The notes below the pieces were generated by a model, which worked only from the letters and a program-made list of their open reading frames with translations, was not told where the DNA came from and searched no databases. Positions 25,261-37,837 of a DNA stretch of 64,000 bases are shown here, one piece after another. The DNA is from Dicyema japonicum (taxonomy: Eukaryota; Animalia; Dicyemida): contig RDEW01000012.1 in assembly GCA_011109175.1 (NCBI GenBank), positions 908,552 through 972,551 of the forward strand, given 5' to 3'. The first letter of the stretch is position 1. The number at the start of each line of letters is the position of its first letter. A program made the translations under genes and the position numbers.

Positions 25261-25821
25261 AGACTTTATTGTGTCGTTCTCACGTGGTTTTTCAAAAACT
25301 AATTTTTGTTGAATTTTACGTGGTTTCAAAAACTATTTATTTTTGAGTCAAAGGGAATCGTGAATACCGGGATTACCCTGGGACTTATGAATTCAAAGGT
25401 ATGTTCCAACATGGAAAAACATCCTTCAACAGGTTATAGGGAAACTTTAAATTAGTTTTGCTTGATTAAACTGAAACCACTAATATAGAAATGAGTAGTA
25501 GTTTACTCAAATTGGATGTCTAACGATATCCTTACTCTCTTGAACGAATGTAGTTATCGTTCACTAAGAATCACTATGGTTAACTTAGTTCATGGGTTAC
25601 TAAATAAATTATCTGATCTGAAAAATGGTTACAGTGAAACTGAATTTTTCTGCCAAAGTTATATCTCCTTGTCTGCGTTCACTGCTTCTCACCTTATAAG
25701 GCCAACAGGTCGAGTGGTCTATCAGAAAAGGAATCGAGACTACTGTATTCATTCAATAATATATATTCATTAAAAAGTAAAATATGAATCATGGGATTTT
25801 GACGTAAACTTGAATTTATGC

Positions 25822-26338
25822 TTAAAGGACTTTAATACCCTTTTTATATTCCTCTTTATAAATGGAGGCTCTTTTGGTTATATCATCAATACTTTTATGG
25901 TTGTCCTCAATCAATATGTCTTCTAGGCTATCATTAAATGTTTCAGAAATGGGAATTTTACGTTCTGATCTCAAAAAAGGGTCAGGAAATTTCAGTTGAG
26001 TAAAATCGCATTTAGGATTGTTAGTATGATTCCACATAATTCACACCACAAGGAATTCTAGCTTTCTCATATCTTTGTATTTTAACAGAGAACTGAGTTG
26101 TCTGACTTTTAATTAACGAACCAAGTTTTTGTGATTAACACTACCCAAATTTTGACCATTGATAGCAATAACTTCGTCCCCTTCTCTCAATCCTACAATT
26201 TCAACAAGGACTTTCAAATTTTATAGTTTTAATATAATGTCTGTTTTTATCAGTTGATTCTATTCCTAATCCATACTTTCCATTTTTGCACTGACGTGGG
26301 TCCAATTCATAAATTATGGACTTTGTTGATGAACTCAT
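25822..26338 (-). pseudogene. PDZ-domain protein gene, frameshifted (pseudogene or assembly error)
   Basis: GKYGLGIEST..YIKTIKFESP / GLREGDEVIAINGQNL..HKNLV / LIKS; two 1-nt frame breaks; 3' extent uncertain. Confidence 0.6.
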
Positions 26339-26468
26339 TTAGAAAATTGATGTTTATTTTATATTTTATTTAATAAGCGTAAATTATACATTATTTAAAA
26401 ATAAGCGTAAATTAATAAAAATCAATTTTAAAATAAAATAATTTTGGAAATTTTCACTTTCTTCACTT

Positions 26469-26804
26469 GGAGGGCCGGGTGCTTAGTGGTTAGGTGTCAG
26501 GCTTAAGTGCTTAGGCTACGGGTTCGAACTCGCTGCTGTTCACTGGTGGAAGGTTCCACGCATCTACGAGCAGAAATGGTTTGACGAGTGACGCCGTCAT
26601 CAGTGAATACTCACTGCGGAACTGGATTGTCTAGAAAGGACACACTCACACAAAAAGAAAAAAAGAAGTGAAGATCATTCCTTGGTTCTACGATTAGTTA
26701 AAATTAACTGTTCTTTACTTAAATAAAGTGTGGTGTCCTGCCTATGCGGAGCTATAAAATACTATGGCTCTCGTGAAAAGGCTTAATTATTATTATTATT
26801 ATTA
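26469..26804 (+). mobile_element. tRNA-derived SINE, full length
   Basis: A box GGTGCTTAGTGGTTAGG, B box GGTTCGAACTC, ~280-nt body, (ATT)n tail, 7-bp TSD TTCACTT (26462-26468, 26805-26811). Confidence 0.9.
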
Positions 26805-27069
26805 TTCACTTTGAATTTTGATGTACCAAAAAAATTAACAACAAAATACTGGGGACCAGACATCCTGATATCAGTGCTTCGAATCACTGTTCCCGAGAAT
26901 TTTTAGAGTGAGACTTGTGTGTTTACGGTCGTTGATATAGTCCATCTTTGAGTGAAGAGAAGTTCGAGACTTCCTTGCTTACCCTAGCCCCCGGGACTCG
27001 ACAGGAAAGTGCAGGATCTCTGAAAGCGACCTGTCTGGGGGGCGCATATTAATGGTTCCCAACTTACTA

Positions 27070-28230
27070 CAGTAAAACCTCTCGAATCCACCGTATTTTT
27101 AAAAAAAATATTTTTTTTATTTTCTTAATAATTTCGTATTTTTTTATATAAAATTTTTTTTAAACAATTAAACAAATGTCAGTTGAGGAAGCCTGCTGCG
27201 TGGATTGCGAACGAGTTCCCTCGGAGTATGGCTTATATTATTTTTTTTTAATTTAAAATACTTATACACGAGACATAATCATTTTTTGTGTTGTTGGTCC
27301 TAATGAAATGTAATTGTACAAGATTAAAAAATTCTGACCTGAGGAGTAAAAAAATGTATCCACTTTGCTTTTTTCAGAATTATCTCGGAACCCATATTTG
27401 AAGTTCAATGAAATCGATGAGGATACCATGTCGTTGATTGAACTGATGGAAACCAGAGGATCAATTCTTAATGACGCGATTATTCTTACAGAGTGAAGGC
27501 TTTGCAAATAAACGCCAAATAGCTGATTTTAAAGCCTAAAAAGCATGGATTCCAATTTATTAAATACATTTTTTTGAATGGGATATCAGGTTGACTAAAG
27601 AAAAGTGCAAAATACTACTCGTAATTGACCAAATTCCATCTCACAAGATTTACAATTTTACAGCAAGTTGAAATAATGCTTCATGTTTTTACAGCCGATG
27701 GACCAAGGCATCATCAAGACATTCAAGACGCTATTCAATAAATTCAAATTTCTTGAAATTATTGAAAAAATTGAATTAGGAAAATCATCAACCGAGGCAT
27801 GTATAGAAATGAGACTTGAGGATGCTATTGTACCTATCAAGCATGGGGGAAGCTAAGTAGTACAACAATACAGTTTTCGACATGCCAAATGGACCCAAGA
27901 TTTTATTGAAGAAATTAATGACGAGTTTTCGCCTGAAACTTATCAAAAATTCGTGTCAAGACTGCAAATAAATGATCCATTACAGAAGATGAGTTCTTCG
28001 CTATGAATATACAGAGAATGAAGAGATTGGAAGGATAAAAATGATAAAGACACAGAATGCATTAATGGTGGAGAACAAAAGACTGAACAAGTCGTTTTAG
28101 ACTACGATGCAGTGAATGCTGTCTATACATTGAGGAAGTACTTCAAACAGAAGGATGAAGTTAACTTAATGTCTTCAATCACCTTTATGTTAGTAGAAAC
28201 ATCAAAACGAATATTATTATTTAAGCCAAA
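27070..28230 (+). mobile_element. pogo/Tigger DNA transposon, degraded, with a CRE 3'-end fragment at ~27180-27240
   Basis: TA-CAGTAAAACCTC terminus; KAW..., KILLVIDQIPSH, QPMDQGIIKTFK; right TIR not found. Confidence 0.75.
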
Positions 28231-29681
28231 AAAACATCGTCTTAACCAATAACTAATATTCAGGTGATCTCGGCATCTCTCAAAAATCGGGCCATTAAAA
28301 TGGAATACTGATTATTTTAAAGGAATTAATGTTTTCATTTTTAATTAGTCTTTAAAATTAAAAAAATCATTTTATTAATTTATAAAAAAATTCAAATTTG
28401 CCTATCGAATCTGCCTTAATTTCTTAGGTCCCAATCTGTATTTGTTAGCAAAATCGGGATTAGCTGATAAAAAAGCCGGTTTCAACTGTCGAAAAGCAAT
28501 AATCCCTCAAAACGTGACAGCATGTGGTTTAAAAAAGTGCTACAACTATTCTATTTCGCTTAAGAACTATTTTTTCTATTCCACCTGGACGCCATCTCTC
28601 CCCGTCGACCCTTTCTGGGCATTTACCCCACTAGAGATCTTTCTCTGGTGGGTACAGGAGCAACATGAGGTCAATCTTGGTTCTACAAATGAATATAAAT
28701 GAAATAAAAGGGAACTATGTGTCATTAAAATAACCACACGATCATGTCAAAACTTTCTATTAATCTCCAGAGTCCTCTCCCTATATTATGAATTAGTAAA
28801 TTTGTGTGTATGTCCGCAGTATCTATAGGTAATTTTCCATGTGAGTATAATATGAGGTAAAATGATCTTTGATAACAAGGCAGTGATAGAGATGACAAGG
28901 AAACGGTCCTCATGTTAGGAGAGGTCGAAATGTTGATTTTTCACATTACTGTTACAATCATATTTGGGGGTCAATTCAAGGTTAGAGACCGCGAGGTGTC
29001 GGAAGAGGTCGAAATGTTACTTGATCTTTTTAAAGGTTAGGAGGCTTTAACCCTCTACGAGGGGTAGTTTTTCTCTTATAGGAGGGAGATAAATATCATG
29101 TTGCTGAAAAGATCGACGAGAAGTTAGGTAAGGACTGGGAGAAATTACTGAGACGAGAAAGAGTGACCACGGAGGCGAAAACAGCCGTATCATGTATAAA
29201 ATGCTGTATAGCTTACTGAGGATTGACTAATTGAAAAGGGACCCCAGTAAGGAGGCTAGACTCTATGAAATATTATTCATGTTATTTCAACTTCCACCAT
29301 CTTTCCCTGAAGGACTCTTGGGATGGAAATAAATACCATGGACAGTTAAAGAATGTATTAATTAGGAACAATTGTATGTAGTGACCAAGAGTATGGAGAT
29401 AATCTGTATAAGGACGGAGAGACTAGGAACATATTCTGAGGCATTAAGGTAAAAATAAGAATAAACTGAAACTTCTTAAGATCGCTTGTGTCAATGATAT
29501 CGAAGGTGACCAATGAGTATCGGGAAATGGCTGTTTCAAAGGATTTCTCTAGCAGTTGTAAGGGAAACAGCCACTCCATTCTTTCAGCAGAATTAAATTG
29601 ACTGATTATTTTTGATGAATATAAAAAATATTTATGTTAATAAAATTTAAAGATTATTTAAATTTAAAAAAATTTGCTTTG

Positions 29682-30276
29682 ATGTTTGGATATTTTATTC
29701 CGGGCAGACAGGTGAGAAAAACTTATTAAAATAGGTTTTTACAAACTTTCAAACAACCAATCAAAATACATTTATAACGCAAGTCGAGTCCCCTCACATG
29801 GCTGAGCAAATGGCCGTTTTCATGACAGGACAGATTTCTTTCCCCGAAGGACTCTGCGGTGCCGTCTATTTGATTCTCCCCGACGTGGAGGGGTCTGTGA
29901 ATACTTCCTAGGTGGAATCGCCAATCACCACCCAAGCAGTGTCTTCAACATTTCAACGTTGATTAACTCAGAGCACAGAACCCAACCCCCAACTGTAGCT
30001 ATCCTGCAAATAAACGTGTCCCAGATTTCAGAAGTGATGAACTACATCCCGGCCGTATCCACCAACACTGGACCGACTATCAACGACGTTCAGGGGTTGC
30101 CTCAAAAATACTAAAACATTTGGAGAATTATGTCACCTCCTTTGATGACGCTGCTAATGGATATATCCCCACAGCCAGGTTTAATAAGTGGATTGAAAAT
30201 ATTACCAAGAGAATTAATAGAGACCCTAATTTTTTCAAAAAATAATAAGTCTTTAAAATTACCCCATTTATCTTAG
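29682..30276 (+). CDS. HIKESHI: Hikeshi (OPI10/C11orf73 family) Hsp70 nuclear import carrier
   Basis: MFGYFIPGR|VFTNF, AVFMTGQISFPEGLCGAVY, FLGGIANHHPSSVF, KWIENITKRINRDPNFFK; one 23-nt intron; two single-base breaks in G and A runs (29890, 30104). Confidence 0.85.
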
Positions 30277-31916
30277 AAAATACATCCCTTAAAGTAAATC
30301 AGGAATGAGTATTGTAGCCGTTTGTCTCATCAACGGCAGTTAATCTCCTTGAATTATAAATGGAGCGTTATGTGGAAGTGCCAACAGCGCAGTTCCCCCA
30401 CTGCCCATGTGTATCTTTGTGTGATTTCCAAGTACCAACGAAAGAATGTCAGTTTATAGCCAAATTTTCTTAGCATCATAAATCTCGCTGAAATGTCCCA
30501 AAGACTAGTTTGTCTAATTTTCTTGGTCTTCTTTTAACTTCTCGTCCGACATCATTTGGAGAGCAACTAATCTTCTCCTTGGAGAGAAAAAACTACCCCC
30601 CGCATCCAGATAAGAATGATAACAATTTCTCTTCAAACTTTCTTTGACAAACCAATAGAAATCAACATTTCGACCTCTTCTGACTCGGATATCTGCCCTC
30701 GTGGTCTCTATCATGAGAATCGTTTTTACCTCATTTTGTGCCACTTACGAAAACCCTCCCTTACTCGTAAAGTATATAGCTATGTACTCTAATGGAAATT
30801 AGTATCCCCCTTTCCATTGAAAAGTGTCCCATCAAATCTTGTGCTTGAAGTGTTCAGTTCAGGATGTTCCAACTGTAGTGGGAATCCGACAGCTTACAGT
30901 CTCAACGCGATAATCATAAATTAAGCGTCAATGTTGACTCTTATTTGTAAATTGTGGGTTATTGTAGCTAGTAATTCTAATTTACCGGTGGCTGATTATC
31001 TCACTGGACTAAATAACGAGTTCAGGGGACAGTGTGTCTACTCATTAAAATCAATATTTCCAACAAGTCACAGTAATAGGATGAAGCCATGATTTAATCT
31101 TTATGCATTTAATTCGTGGTTAAAAATAAAAAATAATTATATAAAGACTTTTATCAATTATAAACTGAATATTTGTTTCCTGTTGGTACCACGGAGAACT
31201 CGTTATTATTAGAACGTTCGAGAATTGACAACCAACTAATAACTCCCAACACCCTAATGGGTAATGGTTGAGGGTTAAGCTGTTGAAAGTACTGGTGCAC
31301 TATTATCATAAATTATCATCGACTTGAGCACTGGGACATTCTCCACTACAAGACAAGTCAATCAAGAAGATAACAATTCGATTCCTGGTGGCTCACCACT
31401 AGTAAAGAGATCACCAAGTTTTCATCGAGTGAGAGATGTTTCACTTCCCAAACGTGAGTTTCTAGAGCAACGAATCTAAAACGCTGATCTCAGGAGGTCT
31501 GCACCTCAGTACTTTGTTGTCTCCAAGGTCCCATATACACAAGCGAAAGCTTATTCGTTACTTTTTGTCCAAATACGATTTTCTGATTTGCCTGCACTTC
31601 ATGGATTTGAGTAGTGACAAGGTTGTGTGTTAGGTCAAGTGATCTAAGCACCGCGTTTCGATGTGATCTTCACTAAAATAAAAAAGGAGAGGATCAATTT
31701 TGGATACCGCCCATGAACTGGGCGTCTCCTGAATTAAGAAGATCCCATGACTCCTCCAAGGAACTAAAGAAACCAAAGAGTACAACGGAAACCTAACAGT
31801 GTGTCAAGCCTACAGCTAATCGCAACAACACCAACACACACTGCCTACCCCTTTGTAACCTAAGGGACCATTAATAAACCTCCAGAAATGTCAGTCAAAC
31901 AGATCACAGTAAGTTG

Positions 31917-33451
31917 TTATAATGAATTCAATACAAAGGGCATATTCTCTGGTGTGACGTCAACTACAGCATATTCGTTTTCCCCCAATGACTCAACATC
32001 CCCATATTTACAGCCTTAACTCACTACCAATTAGACCTGTTTTGAATAATATAAAATTCGACAGACAATCCGTTTGATACTCACAACTGTTGCACATAAA
32101 GCCAGCAACCAGGTCACTATTTTTCTTAGCAATTGCTTCGTTGGCTACAAACAGACAAATGCTAAACCTCTGTGATATTGTAGTTGGGAGACGACAATTT
32201 CGTTCAACATCACAGCCCCAATGCTAACTCCATCTTTCTGGACCTGAAGTTTTGCCCAAAAGAAACCGTCCTCAGTGACTCAACGACTCCAGGACCAGGA
32301 AAGGCGACAAACGTAAGGAAGTCAGCCCATTCTGTCAGTCTAAACATCCTCGACCTCAATTGGAGTAAATTGGTGTTCCCAATGTCTGCGAATCGACTAT
32401 AAAAGGATTAACAAACCGAGTACCGGTCATCCATTAGTAGAAAGTCGTGTTTTTGCTTCATTTGGATCAAAGACCCCACAAGTTCGTCAGAGAATACCAA
32501 AGTTGAGCTATTTATTATAATTAACGAAGTGTGGGGTCCCAAACTGTCCATAAGCTGACATTACAGCGACAGAAACCTTCAAAACCTGTTCGGCATCGTT
32601 CACTGAGCTTAAACAGAAACAGATCTTTGAGACTGATTTAGATTTCACGATGACTTCAAGTTTTCTCCCGAAAAGATTGGGAGTCGGTGGTATTTGTCGC
32701 TAGAGATCAAAGGAATCGGTACAATTTGATGATTTTCCTCGTTACTGGGCAGATTTGAAAAGCCCAAGTTAATCATGTACAGATTGATCAGTTCAGCTGA
32801 GAATTCGAGGCCATATGGTGGAGACGAATGAGGTACCAAATTTTCTGCATATTGATGAGTCTACAAATACGCATAAAAGAGTCAATTACGGGTAAAATGA
32901 CAAGGCTGAGGAAGACATCAAATCGTATCCTCCCTGCTGTCTGTCGAGAATAGCCAGACAGTCGTTAACGACGAGTCCGTGACTCCTCAGAATCTAAAGG
33001 AGGTAAGTTGCCCCCTAACTTTGACGACTTCGACGGAAGAAGACCCAGTAGTAACGACGTTCTTCAATAACCAAGCATTTTTGTCCGTTTTTATAGTTGC
33101 CTTGAATAACAGGGTCGTCAAATACAGTCAGCAATGGCACATCGAGGATATAAGCCACCACCTAACAGATTCTAAAAACACGATACTGAGCCGATTGGAA
33201 GAGCTCCGTAAGGGACCGAGCAGATCACGTCGAACTGAATGTCGTAAAACTTGAGGAAATCCACGATATGAGATGCAATCCGTTTCTATCAATATTACTA
33301 GACTGTGAACCATTATACTGGGAAAAGACATGATTTGTCTCATGTCAAAGTAAATGGGAGCTTCCTGTCCACTTTTTAGCTTAAATGAGCCAAATTGTAT
33401 AGAGTTAATCTCAATTAAAAGTTTGACAATTTCATAGTCAGTCAGGAGCAT
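31917..33451 (-). CDS. UMPS: UMP-synthase-like (OPRT + OMP decarboxylase) with eroded active sites; possibly pseudogene
   Basis: FGSFKLKSGQEAPIYFDMR, SVPYGALP, CLVIE(D)VVTTG, LDRQQGG, MDDRRFADIGNT, EWADF, FPGPGVV; eight 22-29 nt introns; three 1-nt frame breaks. Confidence 0.8.
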
Positions 33452-33549
33452 TCAAAATAACCGCGTAAAAGTCACGATCTTAAAAACGTGCTCAATTTAT
33501 ACTTTTATATAAAAATAATTTTTAATATTTAACATTTAATAATGAATCT

Positions 33550-33600
33550 GATCACGTGGTAATTATTTTGGTTTTACCGTGGTCTTGGGTTTTAAATAAA
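33550..33600 (+). mobile_element. Isolated LINE-family 3' hairpin (extremely truncated copy) upstream of UMPS
   Basis: GATCACG..CGTGGTC-TTGGG..TAAATAAA. Confidence 0.5.
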
Positions 33601-34536
33601 TGGTAACTCTGACAGAAATCCTTTAAAATTCTACTCAATAATCTCTATTATAGGGATGACAACCAAAATGAGACATTCGTCGATCAATAAAAACAGATAA
33701 TTTTTAGAAAAGGACTTTTAATTATTGATTTTTAGATAAAAATTTATTCAAGTGTAAAAAAAAGTTGACAACTAATACAAGTTCCTTTGGTCAAGGCTGG
33801 CCACTCTCAGAATTGAAAACGCATTCCCTGGCGATTAGTAAGGGAATTCGTTCAATAAGGCTGCTCCTTTCTCTCATTCTTTCTCTTCCTCGCGATAAGC
33901 TATTGAATACGGCTCAGCAGGGTCAGTGATTAATGGGGACCACATTTGACATATCTATCAAATCACATGGGGAACGCAGTGGAAGGAGTTGAAAGTTTTC
34001 GTATCCCGCGGACAAGAAGATTATTAGTTAAATTATTAATTCTCGGACTTTTTACTATTCCACTTCCAATCCCTAATGAAAACGAGAAAGTCCTATCCAC
34101 AAGTGATAAGTTCGCTGGAAGAGGCATCAAGAGATCATAGTTGATCTTTACTAGAAAATGAAGAAAGCAAAACTGGGAAGGAGAAAGGCGTCATAGGGTG
34201 GTATACGCTGGTTTCGAGGATCAATAGAAAAAAAGGATTAGAGCGGCAAATTCTGATGTGGCGAACAAGTCACACAACTGACTAAGTGATCGTGGGTGAT
34301 TTTTTTAGCTGAACAAGGGACAAGGAGGAGGATTCAACGGAGATATCCAAAACATGATAGTTCTTAGACTAACTTTGATGACATTTGAGTATTGGAAGAG
34401 ATAACATCTTTAGTTGGTAGGCCCCCCTTCTGAAGATCGCAGAAAGGTAGGGAAAGTCGAACTCTTCCATGCAGAACGTGTAAGAGCGCCACCACAACAA
34501 CCGCATGACGCCACGCTAAAATTCAAATTCCAGGTT

Positions 34537-34598
34537 GAGATCACCTAATTAGTTAGTTTTGACCTATCTTTCTTGGTGGTCTTGGGGTTAAATAAATA
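34537..34598 (+). mobile_element. LINE-family 3' end remnant
   Basis: Near-identical to 47344-47405; 9-bp stem GAGATCACC/GGTGGTCTT. Confidence 0.75.
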
Positions 34599-35149
34599 TC
34601 TTTAGTTAGCTACTCCTGCCTCATTAATTAGTAGGAGGTCGACGGCCTTCAGGGACTCACACAGGAGAATCCCCTCAAGACTATTAGCTTCGTCGAGGAA
34701 GGAAATGCATGGAAATTATGCAGTACCGGTGTTTTCAAAAATGAATTTTTCGTGTGCCAAATTTTTCCAAAAATAAGCCCATGGCAAAAAAGCAATGCCA
34801 AAAAATAATCGAATACAAAAACGTTTAATAATTTATTAAATCAATATTTTCAATATCATCGATAATTATTTCCATTTTTTCGATAAACTTTTGGTCAATC
34901 CGATCTTTGGCAGCGAAAGCTCAATAGCAGCCATCATCCAGTCGACTTCCCAGAGGTCTGGATAAGGTTGACAGTAATTGTGATTCTTTTAGTTGCAGAT
35001 TGATACTGGTATCCAATTTTCTCCACGTGAAGGTGGTCGTTGTCTACAATGCCGGGACTGACCGATCTATGGGAGCGACCAACATCTGCTGCGTCTTATT
35101 TAATAGCTGCTGGCCTCCCACAAGTTAGTGAGGCTTGGGTTACTTAACT

Positions 35150-35480
35150 AACTAATAACCTTTTGGTGTAAATTCTTTGACACCTTCAGACATCCACCTA
35201 TCCCATTCATTTCTCAATATGATTGAATAAGAATTAACTCTTGCATCCAATGGTTGAAGATATGGAGTTGTTTTCCCTGGTATAAACAGCACGTCTGTAT
35301 TCATTTTTTTAGTTCGCTAATTATGGATTCCTTTAATGACTTCCAAACGAATCCATATAAATAATTGTGCCAAATTGAAAATCCAATCTTAGTAAGAGTC
35401 CCAAAATATAAAGTAGCATCTGGAGTGACTTAAGGACAATACTTTTACCAGTTAATCTCTGTGGAACGAGCTAAGTAAAC
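35150..35480 (-). mobile_element. pogo-type DDE transposase fragment
   Basis: MDSFGSH, IPGKTTPYLQPLDARVN..LRNEWDRWMSEG..FTPKG across frameshifts. Confidence 0.6.
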
Positions 35481-35849
35481 AAAATTCGTGACTGAGTAAG
35501 CCAACTTGCATTCACAGTATTACTGGTTTATCACGGAGATGATACAGAATAACCTCGATTAAATTTCGAATTATAAATTTTGAATTTTCAGTATTAAAAA
35601 ATTTTACATGGTAATATTACTATAACAGTCCTCCATCATTACCCTTATTGTATCTTCCAGGGGCTTGGATTTATTCATCGAATATAGATCATTGTTGCTG
35701 ATCTCTCTTGGAGGTAAGAGAGAACGAAGGTGGTATGTTTCCATCTACTCACGTTGAATCCGACTTTTTCGCATAAAATTCATTCACAAAAAGTTTTAAT
35801 TTAAATCAGCCCTAAGGCCGATGTGTGGTAATGTCTCCATTACTTAAAC

Positions 35850-36045
35850 CTCAGCTTAGACAGGACACATACTTTGCTAAGAATGAAAGAACAGTTATGA
35901 AAATTAATTGGAAAAGTTAAGACAAGACATGATTTATCACTGATGACGGAATCACTCGCCAGTCAAATAAACATGCGTGGAAGCTTCAACCGGAAAAAAG
36001 GACAACGATATTAAACCACTTATGACACTGAGCCATCACGGTTTA
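35850..36045 (-). mobile_element. Degraded SINE copy
   Basis: AAAGAACAGTTAT, CACTGATGACGG..TCACTCG and ATGCGTGGAA blocks shared with 40472-40796. Confidence 0.6.
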
Positions 36046-36049
36046 GCAT

Positions 36050-36540
36050 AAATAATAATAACACAAAGACCACGGTAACACAAACTAACTGATCACATGA
36101 TTCCAGCACGCTTTAAACAGGTAATTCATCTTGGCCCGATGCTACTCCCTCGACCCCACACAAGCACGTATCGGTCGAGTGACTGGATCTTCGCACTCAC
36201 GACGGCGGGTTCCATAGTCCATTTGTATCAAGGCTTCAAGAGGTATTGGTGGCTGGAACTCTCCAGAAATCCAGCGTTCCGTGATTTTGGAGGCTTTTTT
36301 CCCGGCTAGACTCGATCTTCAAGACATTCATCCAAGAGATGAATGGGCCCCATATACCACATGCATGGCTCAATAAATTGTTTATATATAGAGCTCAAAA
36401 CAGTATGCTCTTCGATCTTTCAGAAGCCTGTAAGGCATTTAAGAACATTGTTTTTTTTCGCATTTTGTAATTACGTTTCAACATGCGGCGAAATGACATA
36501 TGCATGTCAAAAGTCACCCCAAGGATCCTTTGAATTTTCT
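36050..36540 (-). mobile_element. Ingi/Vingi-like LINE 3' portion
   Basis: ILGVTFD, LYINN/IEPCMWYM post-RT region, ends in family hairpin and (TTA)n. Confidence 0.7.
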
Positions 36541-36615
36541 TTTTAAAGAAAGAAATATAAATAAATAATTTTCTTTTAAATAAAAATAATATTTAAATTT
36601 GAATAAATATATTTA

Positions 36616-37837
36616 ATGTGTTCGTATCGCCTTATTCAAGTATCGAATTTATCTCCTAGAGTTAACAAAGATCAATTATTTACATTTTTCTCGTATATTG
36701 GGCGAGTATCCAAAGTCAAGCTATACACATCACAGTACAGTCTTATCTAACGCCCAGAAACAACAAATTCCAATTCAATGTAGCATATCTTAAATTCTCA
36801 GACCAGGATGATGCCATTTCGGCTTTACACCTCTCTAACACCATTTTTTATGACTTTCCTATCCGGGTGAGTCTCCTGGTCTCAAATGATACCCCGACTG
36901 AGGAGGAGGCCTTTAAAACTGTCCCTTTTGGCGGACCCCAACACTCGGTGGCCCCCCACGGTAAAAAATACGGTATTCTTAGCCTATTATTCCTAGATTG
37001 TCAAAAACGAGGACTCCATTTCGGTGAAGACGTACGACCCCAAAATCGTCAAAATGAGGCTCCATGAGTACCCCAACCTATCTGCTTTGACGGATACTGC
37101 CGTTGTGGAGCAAATTCGGAGGACAGTAAAAGTCGTAAACCTTAAAATGCCGGTAAAGCTATCTGTACTAATTCTTAGATCGATAACGACCGTTTCCTGC
37201 AGTTTTTCAGTAGAGCTGGGGATATTTCTAATGTAAAAGTAGATGGACACGCTCTCGTCGAATACCTCCATCAGTCTTCAGTCCCAATAGCTCTTAGCTT
37301 CAATAAGTCACAATTCGATGGCACCGTCATCTAGTAATCTTTTATTTTTGCGCTTATATTTTATTTGCTTATAAAATAACTAATTAATAATTTTATATTT
37401 TAATCTCCATGATGCTTGTTTTCAATATTAAAATGTTAATTTTTAATTATTTATACTTTAGTGTTTAAAGAATCTATGATTTATTTAGCTTGCAGTTAAT
37501 TCGATCACGTGCTATTGAGTGTTCTATAATTTAGTGTTAACCACTCAAAGATTGCGATTGAGTTACCTCCACCTGAGGAAATAGTCCTGGCTCACAAACT
37601 AAAGTTGCGTGTTGGATTTATTATGTAGGCCGGATGTTCGTCCACAGAAGAAACATAGGAGTCGATCTCGAAGTCATCGGAGACGGTATTTTTTTTTTCT
37701 TACTGTAGTCAACACCACTCTTCAAGTCGTGAGGGGAGGCGACATTCACGGAGAAACTCTTCCCGTGAATCTAGAAGGTCCCTTGTTTTAACCATTTTAG
37801 AAGAGACAGATCTCAGAGTAGTAGAGATAGGTCATAG
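36616..37837 (+). CDS. SRSF11: SR splicing factor SRSF11/SREK1 family (two RRMs + RS domain)
   Basis: IQVSNLSP..QLFTFFSYIG, ALHLSNTIF, EQIRRTVKVVNL, SVPIALSFN, VNHSKIAI, RSRSRSHRRR; six 23-26 nt introns plus one 201-nt intron (37334-37534); one extra C at 36952-36957. Confidence 0.85.

Noticed and set aside
26469-26545. tRNA gene
   Set aside because: Has A/B boxes but no closed cloverleaf, and continues into a SINE body with tail and TSD.
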